A stretch of 64,000 nt of DNA from assembly GCA_015370545.1 (NCBI GenBank), contig GCA_015370545.1_3932.1; one strand, given 5' to 3'. This document shows, piece by piece, positions 28,129 through 37,377 of the stretch (positions are counted from its first letter, which is position 1; the number at the start of each line of letters is the position of its first letter). The notes under the pieces were generated by a model. That model was not told where the DNA came from, ran no database searches, and saw nothing but the letters and a program-made list of their open reading frames with translations. A program made the translations under genes and the position numbers. Source of the DNA: a phage.

Positions 28129-28152
28129 AGCCCCTTAAATGGGGCTTTTTTA
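28129..28152 (+). terminator. intrinsic terminator closing the cassette array
   Basis: AGCCCC-TTAAAT-GGGGCT hairpin followed by TTTTTT. Confidence 0.7.
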
Positions 28153-29756
28153 CGTCTATCGAATCCTTATACAATCCCTTTCCCTTTCCTTTCTAGAATC
28201 TTATCAGACCTTAAAAAGCAATAACTCTATAGTCTACTCTATAACCTCTTATCAAATCAACTTAAATATAAGCCAATAACCCCAGAAAGGGGATGGCCCA
28301 TTAAAACGCTCTATAAAGCTCTATAACAGCCTTATCAACCTAACTTAAGCAATCATATTAACCCACTCTAAAAAGCCCTTTATAGAGCTTCCCAGAGCCT
28401 TAAAAGAATCTTATAAGGGTGAAAGCTTATAGGCTGGCTAGTATCTTGTGAATAACTAAACAATCCCCTTGATAGTCACTAAAAAGCATGTTATAGGGGC
28501 TATAAAGTTACTTCAAAGTAACGTAAAAAAGGCTATAAAGTTACGTAAATGCTAGCCCCCTTAACATTTTCTTAACAATTTCTTAACAATCCCTACATAG
28601 TTATGCTTGTTAGAGACTTGTTAGCCCCTTGTTAAATCTCTGTTACAACCATGTAAAAGCCTTGTAAGAACCTTTGACATAGCCTTAAAAGCCCTGTAAA
28701 GCCCTATAAAGAGCTATCCATACAGTTGGGCTGTAGTTACTAGGGAGAGACTTAAAAGGGGCTATACAGAGCTATAGAGGGCTTTTAAGAGGTATGTTTA
28801 AAGAATCACTAAGAATCAAAGGGAACGATAAGAAAAGAGATAGTGACCATGTTAATAGCTTGTTAAAAAGATTAAACACTTGTTAGAAACTTGTTAATTA
28901 TCCCTACAAAATAACTCTTTAAAATTAACTTGTTAGCTCTTGTTAGTCATCTGTTAAGACTCTGTAAAGACTATTCAGCACTTGTTAGAAAACTGTTAAG
29001 TTCTTGTTAGTTCTGTTAAGAAACTGTTAAGACCTTTGGAGAGTTGTTAAGAGCTTGAGAGAGTTGTTAAGAGATTGTTAAGGATATTTTAAAATTCTGC
29101 AAAGTACTTGTAAGGGAGCTGTTAAGGGCTACCAAGCAGATATACATCTTCTACAGATATTTTTCAGTTCCTTCAAAGACCCTAAAAAATGACTTGATAG
29201 CCCTATTTTATAAAAATTTTAAAATTCTGAATAATTACCTAGACAGTCTTTTAAAAATACAGGTAGAAACAGGCTTATAAGATACCTTGTTAGTACCGTG
29301 TTAGACCTTGTGAGATAAGGTCTGTGAAGATATTCCTGTTAAGTTTGTTAAAACAGTCTATATAGAGGCTTAGTAGTACCTAGTGAACATCTATAGAGGG
29401 TATCATAGCTAACCTAGAGATTAAGAGGTGTATAGGGGCTTCTAAGAGGGTATAGAGAGATGGTTAAGGTGATTGTATAGGTTGTTAAGAAGGATTGTTA
29501 GAAGAGTGTTTAGAGGGCTATTTAGAAGGGTTATACAGAGGGCTATTAAGACCACTAGATAGTTACTAAGATACTATATAGTACTATATAACTATATAGA
29601 GAGTAAGATTAAGAAGGTTGTTAAGAAGGATAGATATCTTATTCACATATGATGGTGACCCAGAGGTTGGGACAACCGATAAAATTTTATAAAAATATAA
29701 ATTTCGTAAATTTTACTCAATAAAAAGCCCCCAATTAAGGAGGCTCTTAAGATATT
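28153..29756. repeat. ORF-free region dense in short direct repeats (iteron-like)
   Basis: no ORF of 60 aa or more in 1.6 kb; roughly 25-30 copies by eye of CTTGTTAG / CTGTTAAG / GTTGTTAAGA, plus GCTATAAAG, CCTTAAAAG and TTTTAAAATTCTG repeats. Confidence 0.7.
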
Positions 29757-30305
29757 TTAAATCAGTGTTTCCAGAACTGTTTTTAGTGATGACTTGGTTG
29801 TCTGATAAAAATGAGTAAAGCCGTTGTTGTTATCAAATACCTGCATCATGATATCATCTCCCTTGATTGGGTACACTCGGATATCATAGTGAAAACCATT
29901 AAAGACACAAGAGCCATTACAGAATGCACTAAAGTCATCCACTGAGATATACTCTTCATGTCCTGTGATTTTTATACAGATACCTTTACTCGGTCTCTTA
30001 GGATTAATATCTTCCATCACAGACATATTCTGTCCGCCAAGAGATACCATAGTGACCACTTTACGGTTCTTCTGTCTAAAGTACATTTTAACTTTCTGCA
30101 AAGTGTCTTCATAGAACGGATAAGACTTCTCTACAAAGATTCCTTCAAGTGGCTCTTTACCATTTTCAACTTCTCTGTTATGCCGTACTGCAAAGATAAT
30201 TTGTTCGAACCAGTCAAGATTTTCTTCGGAGAGTGCTTCTCGAATATCCTTCCAGTCAAGGACTAGATAGTTACCTTCAACTTCTTTTAAGTTATCTTTT
30301 TCCAT
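29757..30305 (-). CDS. hypothetical protein
   Basis: start set at internal Met (MEKDNL) to avoid a 62-nt overlap; alternative start at 30380. Confidence 0.4.
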   Translation of the reverse strand: MEKDNLKEVEGNYLVLDWKDIREALSEENLDWFEQIIFAVRHNREVENGKEPLEGIFVEKSYPFYEDTLQKVKMYFRQKNRKVVTMVSLGGQNMSVMEDINPKRPSKGICIKITGHEEYISVDDFSAFCNGSCVFNGFHYDIRVYPIKGDDIMMQVFDNNNGFTHFYQTTKSSLKTVLETLI

Positions 30306-30318
30306 GTTTATCACACCA

Positions 30319-30783
30319 TTATCGTAAAACTTGATATTCTGGTACTGCGAATTTATTACTGTTGTTCTTGATGAGGTCATCTTCTGAAACTAAAAATGTA
30401 ATCCCACATAAGTGTCTGTAACGACTATCATACTCGAATATCTTAAACAGATATTTACCATCATGATAAACCTGTTGCACTTCACCTTCTGCAACAATCT
30501 CGCCTGTAATAAAATTTTTTAGTTTATACACATTACCAACTTTAGGTACTGTTTTCATCTCAGGCTCTTTTAGTGCTACATCTATTTTTGCATCACTGAG
30601 TAGATGAGAACTCTCAAAAGCTACGTGTTTCATATAAGCTTCTGAACATTCCCAGATAAAACAATGTACAAGAACCTTAGCAGCATGTCTTGAACAGTTC
30701 AACTTATCACAAATTTCTGTGTACATCTCATCTTTAGTTGAGTTGTCAAGCATTGCTTTTCGAACTGTTTCTTTAATTTTCAT
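30319..30783 (-). CDS. hypothetical protein
   Basis: 154-aa ORF. Confidence 0.4.
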   Translation of the reverse strand: MKIKETVRKAMLDNSTKDEMYTEICDKLNCSRHAAKVLVHCFIWECSEAYMKHVAFESSHLLSDAKIDVALKEPEMKTVPKVGNVYKLKNFITGEIVAEGEVQQVYHDGKYLFKIFEYDSRYRHLCGITFLVSEDDLIKNNSNKFAVPEYQVLR

Positions 30784-31195
30784 AAGCTCTCCGAATAACC
30801 CTATTAAGCATCTCTAAAGTCAGCTTTCCAGATTCTAAATGCGGCATAACAAGCTTTAAAGCTTTTTCAACATCATGCACAATATCAATTATACCTTCTT
30901 CATAGGCTTCTACGAGGATATCTTTTACACCAATATAGCCTTCATTGATAAGGATTTGCATATCAAAATCTTCTGATTGCTTGTTTAACTTACCTCTCCA
31001 ATACCCATCAGCATTAAAAGATATCACTTCACACTCTTTAAAATCCATATCATCTGCATGGAATGGAGTAATTATTGTGCATTGGATTGGGTACTCTACA
31101 CCAGTGGTGTCAACATCAAAGACCTTCACAGAAGTAAGTGGTTTCTTTGTTTTAGAGCAGTAAACTGTCAATCTTTTACCAATAAGCTCTTTCAT
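30773..31195 (-). CDS. hypothetical protein
   Basis: 140-aa ORF. Confidence 0.4.
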   Translation of the reverse strand: MKELIGKRLTVYCSKTKKPLTSVKVFDVDTTGVEYPIQCTIITPFHADDMDFKECEVISFNADGYWRGKLNKQSEDFDMQILINEGYIGVKDILVEAYEEGIIDIVHDVEKALKLVMPHLESGKLTLEMLNRVIRRAYEN

Positions 31196-31248
31196 TTCGC
31201 TACCTTCTAAGTTTCTACAAAGGGGCTATCAAGTAACCCCTCAAGTTA

Positions 31249-31473
31249 TTACTCAGACTTTTCAGTCTTCTTGTCGGATTTCTTACTAGTCTTCTTCTCA
31301 GCTTTCTGCTCAGGCTCCTTCTCAGAAGTTGCCTTAATAACCATATCAAGAAGCTCTGATAAGTCACTCTTCAGCAAAGTAACAGGCTGCTCATTGTAGA
31401 AGTTTTTGTCAAGATAAACTTTGAACTCTTCTATAGAAGGAAATCCAAAAATTGGTACAGGTGTCTTAATCAT
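31249..31473 (-). CDS. hypothetical protein with Lys-rich C-terminus
   Basis: 74-aa ORF. Confidence 0.35.
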   Translation of the reverse strand: MIKTPVPIFGFPSIEEFKVYLDKNFYNEQPVTLLKSDLSELLDMVIKATSEKEPEQKAEKKTSKKSDKKTEKSE

Positions 31474-31549
31474 TACTTAGTTTCTCCATAGGCATCTTTC
31501 AAGATTGCCTTGTTAATCATTTCAGCGATTGCAAAACGAACACATACAG

Positions 31550-32083
31550 CTATAATTGTAGGTTGCATTCTTTACTTACCTCTTCAAGTTTAACCTCAGA
31601 ATCCTTAAGTCGCTTCTTATGAACTCTGAATCTTAGTAGTGAGATGATGATACCAACTAAAGGAGCAGCATACAAGTACCAAACATCATATACCTTTGCA
31701 GTAATCTGTGTAATTGTTAAATCTTGAGCTATGTAGCTGATTGCTGATACGGCTAGTAATGTTGCTAAGAAGAAAACCAGTATCATAGCAATATTCAGAC
31801 AACCTCTGGCATGGTATTCATTCTTAATGCACTTATTCTTCTCTTCAACAACTCTGTTGTAGTCATTTGTAAAGTCTCTGTAGAAAGCTTTCAAGTATTC
31901 TTGACTGTAGCCTTCAAAGCAACCTGTACCGTACCAATAATCACCACCGAAATGTGCTATGATACCAGTATCTCCGTTTGGTTTTGTTACTCTTAGGGAG
32001 ACATGATGACCAGTCTTCTGGTAATCTATCTTGTATCTTTCTTCGTAAATCATTTTCCAATCCCTCTCAATCGTTTGTTCCAC
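31550..32083 (-). CDS. membrane protein
   Basis: 177 aa; two hydrophobic helices in the C-terminal half. Confidence 0.4.
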   Translation of the reverse strand: MEQTIERDWKMIYEERYKIDYQKTGHHVSLRVTKPNGDTGIIAHFGGDYWYGTGCFEGYSQEYLKAFYRDFTNDYNRVVEEKNKCIKNEYHARGCLNIAMILVFFLATLLAVSAISYIAQDLTITQITAKVYDVWYLYAAPLVGIIISLLRFRVHKKRLKDSEVKLEEVSKECNLQL

Positions 32084-32268
32084 TCAAGGTCAACAAGTCT
32101 TTGTAGTACTTTGCCTCTAGGTGTTACACCTTTTAAATCTGCATCGTAACAATGGTAAAAGTCACCTTCAGCGTGTTTACCATAGCATTTTCTGATATTC
32201 TGGCTTCTGCGATACTGTTCTAACAAGGACAGTTTGTAGTAATCTTCAACTGTAGTTAGTCTTTTCAT
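32050..32268 (-). CDS. hypothetical protein
   Basis: 72-aa ORF. Confidence 0.3.
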   Translation of the reverse strand: MKRLTTVEDYYKLSLLEQYRRSQNIRKCYGKHAEGDFYHCYDADLKGVTPRGKVLQRLVDLEWNKRLRGIGK

Positions 32269-32351
32269 TCTTTCACCGTAGTGTTTGTCTAGAAACTAAA
32301 AAGGGAACTACCTCTCGATAGCTCCCATCATAATCAATGTTGTATACTCGG

Positions 32352-32933
32352 TCAAGAGTATTTTTTAGGCAGTAATGCACTGCGCTTGTTGCTCTCTTCA
32401 CTCAATAGTGCGATAAATTCATCACCTTTGCCTTTCCACGGGCTAAATGTAGGGATGTGTTCTCTGATAGCCTCAATCACTGTCTTCAGTGCGTTATTCT
32501 TTAACCACCAATCAGATACTGCCGATGCTACAACATAGTAAGCACCATCATCTGTGAAGATTGGCTCAGAGATACATGGTGAAATCATGGTAGTGATGAT
32601 TGAGCCATTATTCATGTAATATGTTCTTTTTTCAACCTTATCAAGAAGCTTATGAAGGTCTGCAAAGAGACTCACCACCTCTTTATGGTCAATATCTTTT
32701 TCAAGATTTGCTCTGTACTTTAATAGTGCAGCATCAACCTCTTTATCATTGAATTTGAAGTACTGGACTTCTTCATTCACACATACACTGATATTGTTGG
32801 TGTTTATCGTCAATTTGCACAGTTTGACTGGAGAATTGATGTTGGTTTGAAAAAGTGCTACACAGCCTTCTACATTTCCGAAATGTTTTACTAATGTAAC
32901 TTCTGGTTGGATATGCTCATGTTCTTCTGACAT
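32352..32933 (-). CDS. hypothetical protein
   Basis: 193-aa ORF. Confidence 0.4.
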   Translation of the reverse strand: MSEEHEHIQPEVTLVKHFGNVEGCVALFQTNINSPVKLCKLTINTNNISVCVNEEVQYFKFNDKEVDAALLKYRANLEKDIDHKEVVSLFADLHKLLDKVEKRTYYMNNGSIITTMISPCISEPIFTDDGAYYVVASAVSDWWLKNNALKTVIEAIREHIPTFSPWKGKGDEFIALLSEESNKRSALLPKKYS

Positions 32934-33277
32934 TACAGTTTCCTCATTAAATACTTTTTAAGTTGTGTGTTAGGTTTCTCAAAAACTTCTATAGAAGATA
33001 TCTTAACAGACTCACCACGCATACCAGTATGTTTGAATATGTAGTACTCTAGCATCCCTATGTACTTTGCTGGTAAGTCATGCTTGACATATACCGTCAC
33101 AGAATCTTCAAACTCAACAACCTTTGTACCATCTTTGTAGTTAAACTCTTTAGGATGGTTGTAGTTGTCTATGTCATACATTAAAAAGAGTCTTTTACGT
33201 TGTAAGTCAAGCTTATTTGTTAAAGACTCTTTGATATCTGAGAAGTTTTTGTATACTGTGACATGGAGCTTACTCAT
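32933..33277 (-). CDS. hypothetical protein
   Basis: 114-aa ORF. Confidence 0.4.
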   Translation of the reverse strand: MSKLHVTVYKNFSDIKESLTNKLDLQRKRLFLMYDIDNYNHPKEFNYKDGTKVVEFEDSVTVYVKHDLPAKYIGMLEYYIFKHTGMRGESVKISSIEVFEKPNTQLKKYLMRKL

Positions 33278-33563
33278 CGTTAAACTCTCTGACGAAGAAA
33301 TAGTTGACTTTGTTATTACCTACCATAAGGTCAAAGCAGGTATTTTCAAAAGGCTTGTTGTAGGCATCATATGAAGTATATGTATCAGCTACTTGTTTAG
33401 TGTTGAGCTTTTTACTTGATGGATTTAAGAGGCCACCATACAGCTTCTTGATAGCCTCTTCTACAACAGACCAGATAATTTCGTCAGTAATTTCTTCGTA
33501 CAGGTCAAGTTCACGCTCTAGTGAGAAGTCACAAATAGGGAAAACAACCTGTACTTTACTCAT
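33270..33563 (-). CDS. hypothetical protein
   Basis: 97-aa ORF. Confidence 0.4.
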   Translation of the reverse strand: MSKVQVVFPICDFSLERELDLYEEITDEIIWSVVEEAIKKLYGGLLNPSSKKLNTKQVADTYTSYDAYNKPFENTCFDLMVGNNKVNYFFVREFNDE

Positions 33564-33961
33564 TAACGGATAACCTGTGAGACTTGAATTGCTTCGGTTA
33601 CTGACAAGTCACCTACTTTCTCTTCTTTGATAAAGGTGAAGGTAAGTTCAACAGGTTCTTGCTTTTCTTGCTCAACTGGAATGCCATTAAGCTCATCACG
33701 GATTGATTGAGTTGTCCAGTCTTCTCCACCATCTGGATAATGGATGGCGTAAAGAGGGAACTCCATATCATACCAGCCAAATACAGGGCAGCCATCTGCA
33801 TCATCTCGCATCCTACGTAGTGTGCTACCTGAGCCTGTAAAACGAAGGCAGATATTACCATTACACTCAAAGATTACTGCATCAGCAAGACCAGCGTCTT
33901 CACGGCCATCATGCCCAAACGTGTCAACTTTTACTTGAATATCTCTAACATCTTTATTCAT
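33563..33961 (-). CDS. hypothetical protein
   Basis: 132-aa ORF. Confidence 0.4.
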   Translation of the reverse strand: MNKDVRDIQVKVDTFGHDGREDAGLADAVIFECNGNICLRFTGSGSTLRRMRDDADGCPVFGWYDMEFPLYAIHYPDGGEDWTTQSIRDELNGIPVEQEKQEPVELTFTFIKEEKVGDLSVTEAIQVSQVIR

Positions 33962-34352
33962 AAAAACCTCTCTCTGCTTGTTCGATTTTTGCTCTTAAAG
34001 TTTCGCAATGCTGTAAATGGTAGTTAGCTTCTTGTTCATGTGTTGCTAACTGCCTTTCAAGAACAGTTTTATAGTAACCTGCAAGTTGCTCTTTTGTCAA
34101 TGGGTGCTCTGAAATAATATCAAGTCCACTTTCACCAAGAGGATTGAATTGTCCATACTCATTGACATTGTAAGTCTCAAACTTGAACATACCATTGTTC
34201 ACAGACTCAATAGGTGACAGTTCAACAAGCTCTACAGTAAACCGTGTATACACCTTGTCGCCTCTTGAAACTACATTGTTTCCAATGATGCGTACAAGCG
34301 AACCATTACGAGTGTATTTAAAAGTCCCAAAATCACTAGCCCAAAGCTTCAT
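33954..34352 (-). CDS. hypothetical protein
   Basis: 132-aa ORF. Confidence 0.4.
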   Translation of the reverse strand: MKLWASDFGTFKYTRNGSLVRIIGNNVVSRGDKVYTRFTVELVELSPIESVNNGMFKFETYNVNEYGQFNPLGESGLDIISEHPLTKEQLAGYYKTVLERQLATHEQEANYHLQHCETLRAKIEQAERGFYE

Positions 34353-34370
34353 AGTTTTCTCCTTAGAAAA

Positions 34371-34394
34371 TAAAAAAGGCTCCCGAAGGAGCCT
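34371..34394 (-). terminator. intrinsic terminator (minus strand)
   Basis: reverse complement reads GGCTCC-TTCG-GGAGCC followed by TTTTTT. Confidence 0.65.
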
Positions 34395-34403
34395 ATGAAG
34401 ATA

Positions 34404-34868
34404 TTACTTTGGATATACACTGTCAAGATAAATGTCAGCTTCCATTCTACGTCTGTTTTTCAGACCGTTTGAAGTGACCTTCTTACCTTTGACTGTAACC
34501 TTGTTCCACCACTGCATAGCTTCTGCACAACCTACCTTATTACCAGCATTGTGGCGCTTGATAAATGTGGAATCCTGCATAGCTGTGATACCGATGTTGT
34601 ATGTTTCACTTACAAGTGCATCGAACTCATTCTGAGTAGTTGGAACCTTGATAGCTTTGTTCACTGCTGCAACAAACTTCTCAACATCCGCGAGAAGATA
34701 CTGTTCAGCTTGTTCAGCGGTGATTTTCATTCCCATCTTAACAGGTTTTCCGTCAATACGGATTGTACCATACCCGATTGTTGGGATTCCGGCAGAGTCT
34801 TCGTAAGCCTCTAACTCCAGACCTTCGAAGAACTTAATAGCTTCTAAACCTTTTCTTGAGAGTTGCAT
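34404..34868 (-). CDS. endolysin, T4-lysozyme-like (GH24)
   Basis: 154 aa; FEGLELEAYEDSAGIPTIGYGT carries the Glu/Asp/Thr triad spacing recalled for T4 lysozyme. Confidence 0.8.
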   Translation of the reverse strand: MQLSRKGLEAIKFFEGLELEAYEDSAGIPTIGYGTIRIDGKPVKMGMKITAEQAEQYLLADVEKFVAAVNKAIKVPTTQNEFDALVSETYNIGITAMQDSTFIKRHNAGNKVGCAEAMQWWNKVTVKGKKVTSNGLKNRRRMEADIYLDSVYPK

Positions 34869-35752
34869 TATGCCTCCCCTGCTGGGTTAACTGTAACTGT
34901 TGCCGCATTAGATGTTACAGAGCCACCTGCACCAGTAACTACACAAGTGTAGCTTCCTGCATCAGAAGCAGTTGCACCTTCTTTGGTGTAAGTTGCAGCA
35001 GTTGCGTCTGGGATGACTTCCTCACCTTTCTTCCACTGATAACCTGTTGCACCAGTTGCAGTCACTGCTAAATTGATGTTTCCACCTTCATTAATGGTCT
35101 GATTAGAAGGTTGCTGTGTAATCACAGGCAGCGCGTTCACAGTAACTGTTGCTGCATCTGAGGTGACACTTGTTCCACCATCTCCAGATACAACACAAGT
35201 GTATGAACCAGCGTCAGAAGGTGCTACGGATTGTTTTGTGTAAGTTGCAGAAGTGGCACTAGAGATGTCCTCACCATCTTTCTTCCACTGATAACCAGTG
35301 GCATTAGATGCAACAACACTCAGAGTAAGAGTTCCACCTTCATTGACTGTTTGGTTTGTTGGTTGCTGAGTGATTGATGGTGGTGTGATGGCATCTTTCA
35401 ACTTAGCATTCAACATTGAGAACGGCTTAACTCTTGCCAACCATTCACAGTAAATTGTGTCAACATCTTTACCGTTGATGATTGCATACTGTAAATCCAT
35501 GAAGAAATCAGCAGTTCTCATCTGTGCACCAACACTGTAAAGGAGTTCATCACTAAAAGGAACTTTGTAGTCTGGTTTGTAGTCAAACTTCTTAACTTCT
35601 GCGATATCAGCTTCAGGCCAATATGAGCTATAGGTGAGTGGTAAAATAGCTTCTTGATATGTTCTAAAATCATATCTCTTACCAGCCTTTACATTTGCGA
35701 TGAAGCCCTTCACAAATTCTTTGAAGTCTGGGTAAGTCTTTGCTTTAATCAT
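34868..35752 (-). CDS. protein with two C-terminal Ig-like domains
   Basis: 294 aa; N-terminal ~130 aa paralogous to 35749-36120; C-terminus has two repeats ITQQP.NQT.NEGG...YQWKK...AGSYTCVV. Confidence 0.55.
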   Translation of the reverse strand: MIKAKTYPDFKEFVKGFIANVKAGKRYDFRTYQEAILPLTYSSYWPEADIAEVKKFDYKPDYKVPFSDELLYSVGAQMRTADFFMDLQYAIINGKDVDTIYCEWLARVKPFSMLNAKLKDAITPPSITQQPTNQTVNEGGTLTLSVVASNATGYQWKKDGEDISSATSATYTKQSVAPSDAGSYTCVVSGDGGTSVTSDAATVTVNALPVITQQPSNQTINEGGNINLAVTATGATGYQWKKGEEVIPDATAATYTKEGATASDAGSYTCVVTGAGGSVTSNAATVTVNPAGEA

Positions 35753-36120
35753 TTCTTTTTAGCCTCTAAACGTGCGTTTAATCTAAAATAGCCTTTATGT
35801 TGTGGAGACACATCACCAACAACGATACCTTCAACTTTATAACCTTTACCGATTACATACTGGATATCCATAAGAAATGTACCAAGTCCTACAATGTGGA
35901 ACATTGGATATAATAACTTATCTGAATCTGGGAGATTAATATCTGGGTTGTAGGTAGGTTGTTTACTAGTAGGTGTAATATCTTCTTCAGGCCATTTACT
36001 TAGTCTCCATGTCAAAGGTGTTGGGATAACATCATTAAGATTGTACCTCCCACCATTCTCCACGGAGCGGATATAGGATTGTAGGAAGCAATAAAAGTCT
36101 TTTGCACTCTTAGCCTTCAT
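35749..36120 (-). CDS. hypothetical protein, paralog of 34868-35752 N-terminal domain
   Basis: 123 aa; shared MKAK..F...Y....GKRY, F.MD.QY.I, LNA.L motifs. Confidence 0.5.
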   Translation of the reverse strand: MKAKSAKDFYCFLQSYIRSVENGGRYNLNDVIPTPLTWRLSKWPEEDITPTSKQPTYNPDINLPDSDKLLYPMFHIVGLGTFLMDIQYVIGKGYKVEGIVVGDVSPQHKGYFRLNARLEAKKK

Positions 36121-36167
36121 TAAATATCCTTATAAATAGATAAAGGGGCGTTAGCCCCTGTTTACAC

Positions 36168-36758
36168 TTAAGCTTTGGTCTTAAGTAGGTTCTTAAGCTT
36201 TTTGAGATTCATGCTCTCATCAAACTTAAAACCAAATCCATTGACATAATCAATGAACTCGGATTTCTTACTAAGTGATAGTGCGTAACTCATATCGAAG
36301 TTATTACTTGTTTCTGCGTCTGGACTAGAGTTCACATCAAATGAAATTTCTGTAGGTTCTTGTTTGCTGCTTCTCATATTATCAATCAATAGACAGGTAT
36401 AGTTTGCCGGATAGAAGTTAACACTCCCATCAACATACCCATACTTATTATTGTGAATGAGGCTGGAAAATACCTTAAGAAATGTTTCTGCGTCGTGGCA
36501 TACAAGTTTGAATTGACTGCATTCACCAAGAGCCACTAAAGAGTAAGGGCTTTCACTATCAATGTCATAATTCGGATTTGATGTTGTAACCGTCACACGC
36601 ATCAGGTTATTGGCGATAGTCTTCTGCTTAAAAGAATTTGGAACATAGTGAAGACCTCTGTCACACTGATTAACTAACTCTTTCAATAGGTCGTTTGCAT
36701 ATGGTGAATTAATTGATACAGAGCCATCACTATTGTAATTAAAACTTACTGTTAACAT
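36168..36758 (-). CDS. hypothetical protein
   Basis: 196-aa ORF. Confidence 0.4.
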   Translation of the reverse strand: MLTVSFNYNSDGSVSINSPYANDLLKELVNQCDRGLHYVPNSFKQKTIANNLMRVTVTTSNPNYDIDSESPYSLVALGECSQFKLVCHDAETFLKVFSSLIHNNKYGYVDGSVNFYPANYTCLLIDNMRSSKQEPTEISFDVNSSPDAETSNNFDMSYALSLSKKSEFIDYVNGFGFKFDESMNLKKLKNLLKTKA

Positions 36759-36985
36759 TTTTCAGTTCTCCTGCGATTTATAATTTTGCTGCAATAGAGA
36801 AACGAAGTAAACTCACTGGAAGAAACCATTAAGTGTTGTTCACTAGATTGAGCCATTGCCCTGAAATACATTCCAGTCAAAGCATCATAGTGACTATTCT
36901 TTCCAATTGAGGTTATATAGCCATGACTCTTTGCAGTTTGATATAAATCTATAATATCTGCGATTTCTAATTGGGAACTACACAT
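36752..36985 (-). CDS. hypothetical protein
   Basis: 77-aa ORF. Confidence 0.3.
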   Translation of the reverse strand: MCSSQLEIADIIDLYQTAKSHGYITSIGKNSHYDALTGMYFRAMAQSSEQHLMVSSSEFTSFLYCSKIINRRRTEKC

Positions 36986-37377
36986 AGATAATCCTCTTGT
37001 CTTCTGTAATTTTGAAAGAACAGGTACAGACCAATTTCAGAGGATGAATAGTAGAGTAACTCTACCCTTTTTGATTCCTTACAGTGATTGGTATTTTTAC
37101 CTTTCTTCGGGTTATTTGATTTTCTCATTAAGTCTCCTTTGTAGAACAAGGCAGACCTACAGCTTTAAGTAAGATGGTACAGTAATCCATACAACAAGTC
37201 AAGAACTATTGCAAGTTAAAAAAGTTGTTGACAAAGTACTTGACAAGGTGTAGGCTTATAAATACTTAGAAGATAACTTAAAAGGTTCCTCTAAAAAGGC
37301 TATTTAAACAGATATCTTTCTGGATATCTATCTTTTATCTTAAAAGCCTTTTAAGAGGTCTTATAAGAGGCATACCA

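Noticed and set aside
28153-29756. Possible CRISPR array in the repeat-rich noncoding region
   Set aside because: Repeats are only 7-10 bp, irregularly spaced and degenerate; there is no 25-40 bp direct repeat alternating with unique spacers and no cas gene.
29757-30305. Metallophosphatase call for the first minus-strand gene
   Set aside because: A GHEEY segment loosely recalls the GNHE motif but the other metallophosphatase motifs could not be placed.
36967-37149. 60-aa minus-strand ORF at the head of the minus module
   Set aside because: No convincing ribosome-binding site, overlaps the next gene, sits in the promoter-proximal intergenic region; probably spurious.
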